Below, in pieces: positions 55,272-59,506 of a stretch of 59,506 nt of DNA. The translations under genes and the position numbers were made by a program. The notes beneath the pieces are model-generated. The model saw nothing but the letters and a program-made list of their open reading frames with translations. It made no database searches and was not told where the DNA came from. Numbering within the stretch: the first letter of the stretch is position 1; each line of letters starts with the position of its first letter. This DNA comes from Minisyncoccota bacterium (GTDB taxonomy: Bacteria; Patescibacteriota; Minisyncoccia; Phycocordibacterales; UBA9973): assembly GCA_041664745.1 (NCBI GenBank), contig JBAYKD010000004.1, forward strand, positions 1-59,506, read 5' to 3'.

Positions 55272-55685
55272 ATGAGATTCCAAGTCCCACAATTTATAGA
55301 CATAGAAGATAAAATTTTTGGCCCTTTTACTTTTCGCCAATTTGCCTTTTTGATAGGTGGAGGGGGGATAGTCTTTGTTTTATACAAACTTCTTCCATTT
55401 GTTATAGCTATAATACCTATTTTATTAATGGGAGGGCTTACTATCTGTCTTGTTTTTGTTAAAATAAACAACAAACCATTCGCTTACTACTTACAGGCTG
55501 CATTTAGTTATCTATTTTCTAGTAAATTATATATATGGAAACAAAGATTGGTTAAAAAAAGCGATAAACAAGAAGAGGAGGTGGCAGTTCCAACAACGAT
55601 ATCAAGCGTGCCAATGCTTTCTGATAGTAAATTGAAGGATTTATCTTGGAGTTTGGATGTGCAAGATAAACAGGATAATCAATAA
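55272..55685 (+). CDS. PrgI family / VirB3-like small membrane protein
   Basis: MRFQVPQFIDIEDKIFGPFTFRQFAFLIGGGGIVFVLY, followed by a second TM helix. It lies immediately upstream of the VirB4 genes. Confidence 0.6.
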   Translation: MRFQVPQFIDIEDKIFGPFTFRQFAFLIGGGGIVFVLYKLLPFVIAIIPILLMGGLTICLVFVKINNKPFAYYLQAAFSYLFSSKLYIWKQRLVKKSDKQEEEVAVPTTISSVPMLSDSKLKDLSWSLDVQDKQDNQ

Positions 55686-55715
55686 TTAAAAAGTAATGTG
55701 ATATAATAGTGATAT

Positions 55716-56369
55716 ATGGCAATTGATGCAAAAGCAGCACAAGAATTCGTTCCAATTAAAGAGGTTCGTAATGGAATCATAATTCTTAAAGATGGTGGTC
55801 TTCGTGCTATCCTTATCGCTTCTTCCATCAACCTTTCTCTCAAATCATCCGATGAGCAAATGGCAATAATAAATCAATTCCAATCATTCTTAAATGGTCT
55901 TGATTTCCCAACACAAATAGTTATTCAATCAAGAAGACTAGATATAAGACCATACCTTCTAATGCTTGAAGCGAGATTGAAGGACCAAACAGAACCCCTT
56001 TTAAAAATACAAACAAAAGAATATATAACTTTCATTAAATCTTTCACAGACGAAGTAAACATCATGACAAAAACTTTCTTTGTAGTCGTACCTTATAGTT
56101 CAACAATTATTAAATCACAAAATGGAATGATAGATAGCTTCCTAGGCGGTGGGGCGCCTAAAAAACAAATAGAGGATACTAAAAAAGCCATGGATTTAGC
56201 CTCTTTTGAGGAAAAGCGTAGCCAGCTTGAACAAAGAACAAATGTGATCATAAGTGGCTTAAGTGGTATAGGGATAAGAAGTAGTCAGCTTAAAACTGAC
56301 GAGGTAGTAGAACTTTTCTATAAAACTTTCAATCCAGGTGATATTAGTCAGGGAATTAAATTACAATAA
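55716..56369 (+). CDS. VirB4 N-terminal-domain-like protein
   Basis: VPIKEVRNGIIILKDGGLRAILIASSINLSLKSSDEQMAIINQFQSFLNGLDFPTQIVIQS resembles the extreme N-terminus of VirB4/TrbE/TraE ATPases. Its stop TAA is separated by 1 nt from the next ATG. Confidence 0.5.
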   Translation: MAIDAKAAQEFVPIKEVRNGIIILKDGGLRAILIASSINLSLKSSDEQMAIINQFQSFLNGLDFPTQIVIQSRRLDIRPYLLMLEARLKDQTEPLLKIQTKEYITFIKSFTDEVNIMTKTFFVVVPYSSTIIKSQNGMIDSFLGGGAPKKQIEDTKKAMDLASFEEKRSQLEQRTNVIISGLSGIGIRSSQLKTDEVVELFYKTFNPGDISQGIKLQ

Positions 56370-56370
56370 T

Positions 56371-58209
56371 ATGGGAATATTTTCATCAATGTTTAATAAT
56401 GGTAAAGGGGCAGCAGCAACACAAAAAAGTGCCGTGATGCCTGTTCTGCCTACTGAAATATACAAAGCGGCTACATTAGAACTCCAAGACGTCATCGCTC
56501 CTTCCGCTTTACAAATAACACCTAGAAGTTTAAATTTGGGGGATAAAATAGCTAGAACCTTCTTCGTCATCTCTTATCCTAGATATCTTACAGATAATTG
56601 GTTCTCTCCAATAATTAACTTGGATAAAATTTTTGATGTATCTATATTTATACATCCAATAGAAACAGCTGAGATATTAAGATCTTTCCAAAAGAAAGTT
56701 GCCGAGGTTCAAAGTCAGATTTCTGTGCGGGAATCAAAGGGATTAGTGCGCGACCCAATGCTAGATACTGCTTATCAAGACTTAGAAGGACTCCGTGACA
56801 ACCTAATGCAAGCCCAAGAAAAGATGTTTGATGTTGGGCTTTATATCACTGTATACGCTGACAATGAAAATGATTTATTTAAAATAGAAAGTGAAGTTAA
56901 ATCACTCCTAGATGCCAAGCTTGTTTATTTGAAGCCGGCTCTTTTCCAACAAGACGAAGCCTTCAAAAGTGTCATACCACTTGGAACAGATATATTAGGA
57001 ATACACCAAAAATTAAACACTGCCCCACTTTCAAGTATGTTTCCGTTTGTTTCATTCGACCTTACTTCCGACAAAGGAATTCTATATGGCGTAAACAGAC
57101 ACAACTCTAGTCTTATTATTTTTGATAGATTCTCTCTTCCAAACTATAACTCTATCACCTTCGCTACGGCTGGAGCAGGTAAATCTTACGCAACGAAACT
57201 TGAAATCATTAGAACCTTAATGTTTGATGCAGAAGTAATAGTTATCGACCCTGAAAGGGAATACGAATACCTTGCAGAAGCAATCGGTGGTAGATATTTT
57301 AATATTTCTTTATCTTCTGATCACCATATTAATCCTTTTGATTTACCAATACCAAGACCAGATGAGACAGCTGCGGATGTCCTCCGAGCAAATACGATTA
57401 ATCTTGTTGGTTTGTTCCGAATAATGCTTGGTGGACTTACGCCAGAAGAAGATTCAATAATAGACCGAGCAATAACTGAAACATATGCTTTGAAAGATAT
57501 TACCGCTGAATCAAACTTCGCAAACATAGAACCTCCTCTTCTCTCAGACTTTGAAATTGTTCTAGCAGGAATGGATGGGAGTGGTTCCCTTATTCAACGT
57601 ATTGCTAAATATACACATGGATCTTGGTCTTCATTTATAAACAGACCATCTAACGTGGATATTAATCGTAAATTCGTAGTTTTCTCTGTTCGAGACATGG
57701 AGGATGAACTTAAGCCGGTAGCGATGTATATAGTCACCCACTTTATCTGGAATGCTGTCCGTAAAAACCTAAAGAAGCGCTTATTGGTTGTGGATGAGGC
57801 TTGGTGGATGATGAAGTCGGAAGATACCGCTTCTTTCCTTTATTCTATCGCCAAAAGAGGACGTAAATACTACCTAGGACTTGCTACAATCACTCAAGAT
57901 GTGGGGGACTTCATGAAGAGCCCTTATGGTGTGCCTATTGTGACAAACTCTTCAATTCAACTTCTTCTAAAACAATCCCCAGCTACAGTAGACGTCCTAC
58001 AGAAAACATTCAACCTTACTGATGAAGAGAAATATTTACTCCTTGAGGCTAATGTTGGAGAGGGAATATTCTTCGCGGGGTTGAAACACGTAGCTATTAA
58101 AACAATAGCTTCATATACAGAGGATCAAATTATCACATCTGATCCATCACAAATTCTTGCAATAAAAAAGGCAAAAGACGAGTTAGAAAGTTCAAATAGT
58201 GGTCAATAA
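56371..58209 (+). CDS. virB4: VirB4-family type IV secretion ATPase
   Basis: IAPSALQITPRSLNLGDKIARTFFVISYPRYL N-domain motif, Walker A ATAGAGKSYA, Walker B LLVVDEAWWMM, ATITQD sensor region. ATG 56371 is preferred over GTG 56338. Confidence 0.85.
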   Translation: MGIFSSMFNNGKGAAATQKSAVMPVLPTEIYKAATLELQDVIAPSALQITPRSLNLGDKIARTFFVISYPRYLTDNWFSPIINLDKIFDVSIFIHPIETAEILRSFQKKVAEVQSQISVRESKGLVRDPMLDTAYQDLEGLRDNLMQAQEKMFDVGLYITVYADNENDLFKIESEVKSLLDAKLVYLKPALFQQDEAFKSVIPLGTDILGIHQKLNTAPLSSMFPFVSFDLTSDKGILYGVNRHNSSLIIFDRFSLPNYNSITFATAGAGKSYATKLEIIRTLMFDAEVIVIDPEREYEYLAEAIGGRYFNISLSSDHHINPFDLPIPRPDETAADVLRANTINLVGLFRIMLGGLTPEEDSIIDRAITETYALKDITAESNFANIEPPLLSDFEIVLAGMDGSGSLIQRIAKYTHGSWSSFINRPSNVDINRKFVVFSVRDMEDELKPVAMYIVTHFIWNAVRKNLKKRLLVVDEAWWMMKSEDTASFLYSIAKRGRKYYLGLATITQDVGDFMKSPYGVPIVTNSSIQLLLKQSPATVDVLQKTFNLTDEEKYLLLEANVGEGIFFAGLKHVAIKTIASYTEDQIITSDPSQILAIKKAKDELESSNSGQ

Positions 58210-58210
58210 A

Positions 58211-59203
58211 ATGAAAAAGTTTTTATATTTTATTTTAATAGTTTGTATATTAAACATATTATCCATGCCGTCTTTTTCCATCGCTGAAAATCTACAAATA
58301 GATGTACAAGAAGGGGAAATTAGTGTAGAAACAATTCCTAATAATCCACAACCATACGGTGATGTAACTATTAATCTTACTAGTTATGCTACTGATTTAA
58401 ATAAAGCCATAATAGTATGGACGGGGGATAAAGGAGTTATACTCTCGGGTATAGGAGAAACAAGTTATTCTTTTAAGGCCGGAGGCCCAAACACCTCCAA
58501 CGCCTTTAATATTAAAATTACTCCCGTAGGATCAATGAATACTATCAGTAAGAAAATTGTTATTAATCCTTCTGAGATTGATGTTGTATGGGAGTCTGTT
58601 GATGGATATACTCCACCTTTTTATAAAGGCAAAGCTCTCCCCACAAGTGGTAGTACTATTCGGGTTGTCGCAATACCAAATACAAACACCATAAAAACAG
58701 GAGTGGGAAGTATGGCTTATATATGGAGCAATACAAGTGAAACAAAACTTGATGCTTCTGGTTATAATAAGAACTCATATACTTTCAAAAATAGTATGTT
58801 TGATGACACAAATGAAGTGAAAGTAATTGCTTCATCTGTAAATGGAAACTATGGAGCAGAGAGTACCATTAAAATACCAGTCTACCCACCAAAAGTACTT
58901 TTCTATAAGAAATCACCAACAGAGGGTGTGCTTTATAATAAAAATTTAGATAATAATTATGTTTTTTCTGAAGAAGAAATGACAATTGTAGCTGTGCCAT
59001 ACTTCTTAGCAACCAAAGGGGTTGAATTTAATTTTAATTATAATTGGGATGTAAACGGAGAGCCCATAAAAACACCTAAAAAGAAAACAGAACTAACAAT
59101 CAGACCTGCTTCTCGTGGGGGATATGCTGATATAAGTATAACAATTGAAAGTGTAAGTGATTTATTCCAAAAAGTTATTGGCCAATTAAAATTAACTCTA
59201 TAA
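58211..59203 (+). CDS. secreted hypothetical protein with repeated beta-rich modules
   Basis: Signal peptide MKKFLYFILIVCILNILSMPSFSIA. ATG 58211 follows the virB4 stop directly. Confidence 0.5.
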   Translation: MKKFLYFILIVCILNILSMPSFSIAENLQIDVQEGEISVETIPNNPQPYGDVTINLTSYATDLNKAIIVWTGDKGVILSGIGETSYSFKAGGPNTSNAFNIKITPVGSMNTISKKIVINPSEIDVVWESVDGYTPPFYKGKALPTSGSTIRVVAIPNTNTIKTGVGSMAYIWSNTSETKLDASGYNKNSYTFKNSMFDDTNEVKVIASSVNGNYGAESTIKIPVYPPKVLFYKKSPTEGVLYNKNLDNNYVFSEEEMTIVAVPYFLATKGVEFNFNYNWDVNGEPIKTPKKKTELTIRPASRGGYADISITIESVSDLFQKVIGQLKLTL

Positions 59204-59204
59204 T

Positions 59205-59506
59205 ATGAAAAAATTATTTTCTTCTATCTTAATATCATTTATCTTATTACTAAACATTGGTCTTCCAGTTTCTGTTTTAGCAGCGGTACCAACAATAAAA
59301 TTAAGTTTGGTTAATGAACAACAAAATGGAGAGACTGGACAATGGTCTTGGGTTTTTGATATTAAAACAACAAATATTCCAAATGGTGAAGTTGTGACTT
59401 TGGGTTTATCTAAAAATGGAGTAAAGGAGGGGGTTTTAGTAAAAGAAAAAATAACGAACAATAGTGGATCTTTTTATACTGATTCAACCGACACAAATGG
59501 AAAACC
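59205..59506 (+). CDS. secreted hypothetical protein, 3'-truncated by the window edge
   Basis: ATG at 59205, one nt after the upstream stop. MKKLFSSILISFILLLNIGLPVSVLAAVPT signal peptide. The frame is open to the end of the window. This ORF is not in the ORF track. Confidence 0.5.
   Translation, partial: MKKLFSSILISFILLLNIGLPVSVLAAVPTIKLSLVNEQQNGETGQWSWVFDIKTTNIPNGEVVTLGLSKNGVKEGVLVKEKITNNSGSFYTDSTDTNGK

Noticed and set aside
56311-56373. A frameshift/pseudogene explanation for the two VirB4-related ORFs.
   Set aside because: The two frames overlap only about 60 nt, there is no slippery run or duplication, and the stop and start are arranged as TAA-T-ATG. Compare 8352-8373, where a causal duplication is visible.
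1-59506. An alternative genetic code (UGA recoding), as in some candidate phyla.
   Set aside because: TGA terminates ORFs at family-appropriate lengths (for example the AlaRS-like gene at 2652-2654 and comM at 33666-33668). Housekeeping genes are full-length under the standard code.

Overview
This is a low-GC, gene-dense bacterial window read in the standard genetic code. TGA ends ORFs at sensible positions, for example at 2652 and 33666. The gene content fits a reduced-genome, CPR/Patescibacteria-like organism, but that placement is inference only. About two thirds of the window is housekeeping: nusA, a K+-independent-type H+-pyrophosphatase, an ABC-2 type transporter, a trigger factor lacking the PPIase domain, clpP, rny, HU, a ZIP transporter, four tRNAs, yraN, cca, xth, a Xer recombinase, rpsO, an NYN protein, pnp, a DksA-like protein, comM/yifB, an M23/LysM peptidase, pcrA/uvrD and rsmA.

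Three accessory regions stand out:
- **505-4911:** a very AT-rich cluster. It holds an APH-like kinase, two overlapping divergent dCTP-deaminase paralogs (one with the catalytic Glu replaced by Gln), a stand-alone AlaRS-catalytic-core-like protein and an MccF/LdcA-type S66 peptidase.
- **5048-9272:** a block of secreted proteins. One carries a Hint (bacterial intein-like) domain in front of a Cys-rich C-terminal module. Another surface-protein gene is split by a perfect 11-bp tandem duplication.
- **42806-59506, running off the window:** a co-directional T4SS-derived locus. It has a VirB4 ATPase, a VirB4-NTD-like protein, a PrgI/VirB3-like protein and a VirB6/TrbL-like protein. No relaxase, coupling protein or pilin is visible. 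Giant secreted Cys-rich, Ca-motif repeat proteins lie upstream.

Two intergenic repeat families were also found: a ~120-nt family in three copies with compensatory stem changes, and a GC-rich long hairpin in two copies. A 14-mer recurs three times around yraN and cca. No CRISPR array, rRNA or transposase was seen. All homology calls come from by-eye motif recognition and need HMM or structure confirmation.
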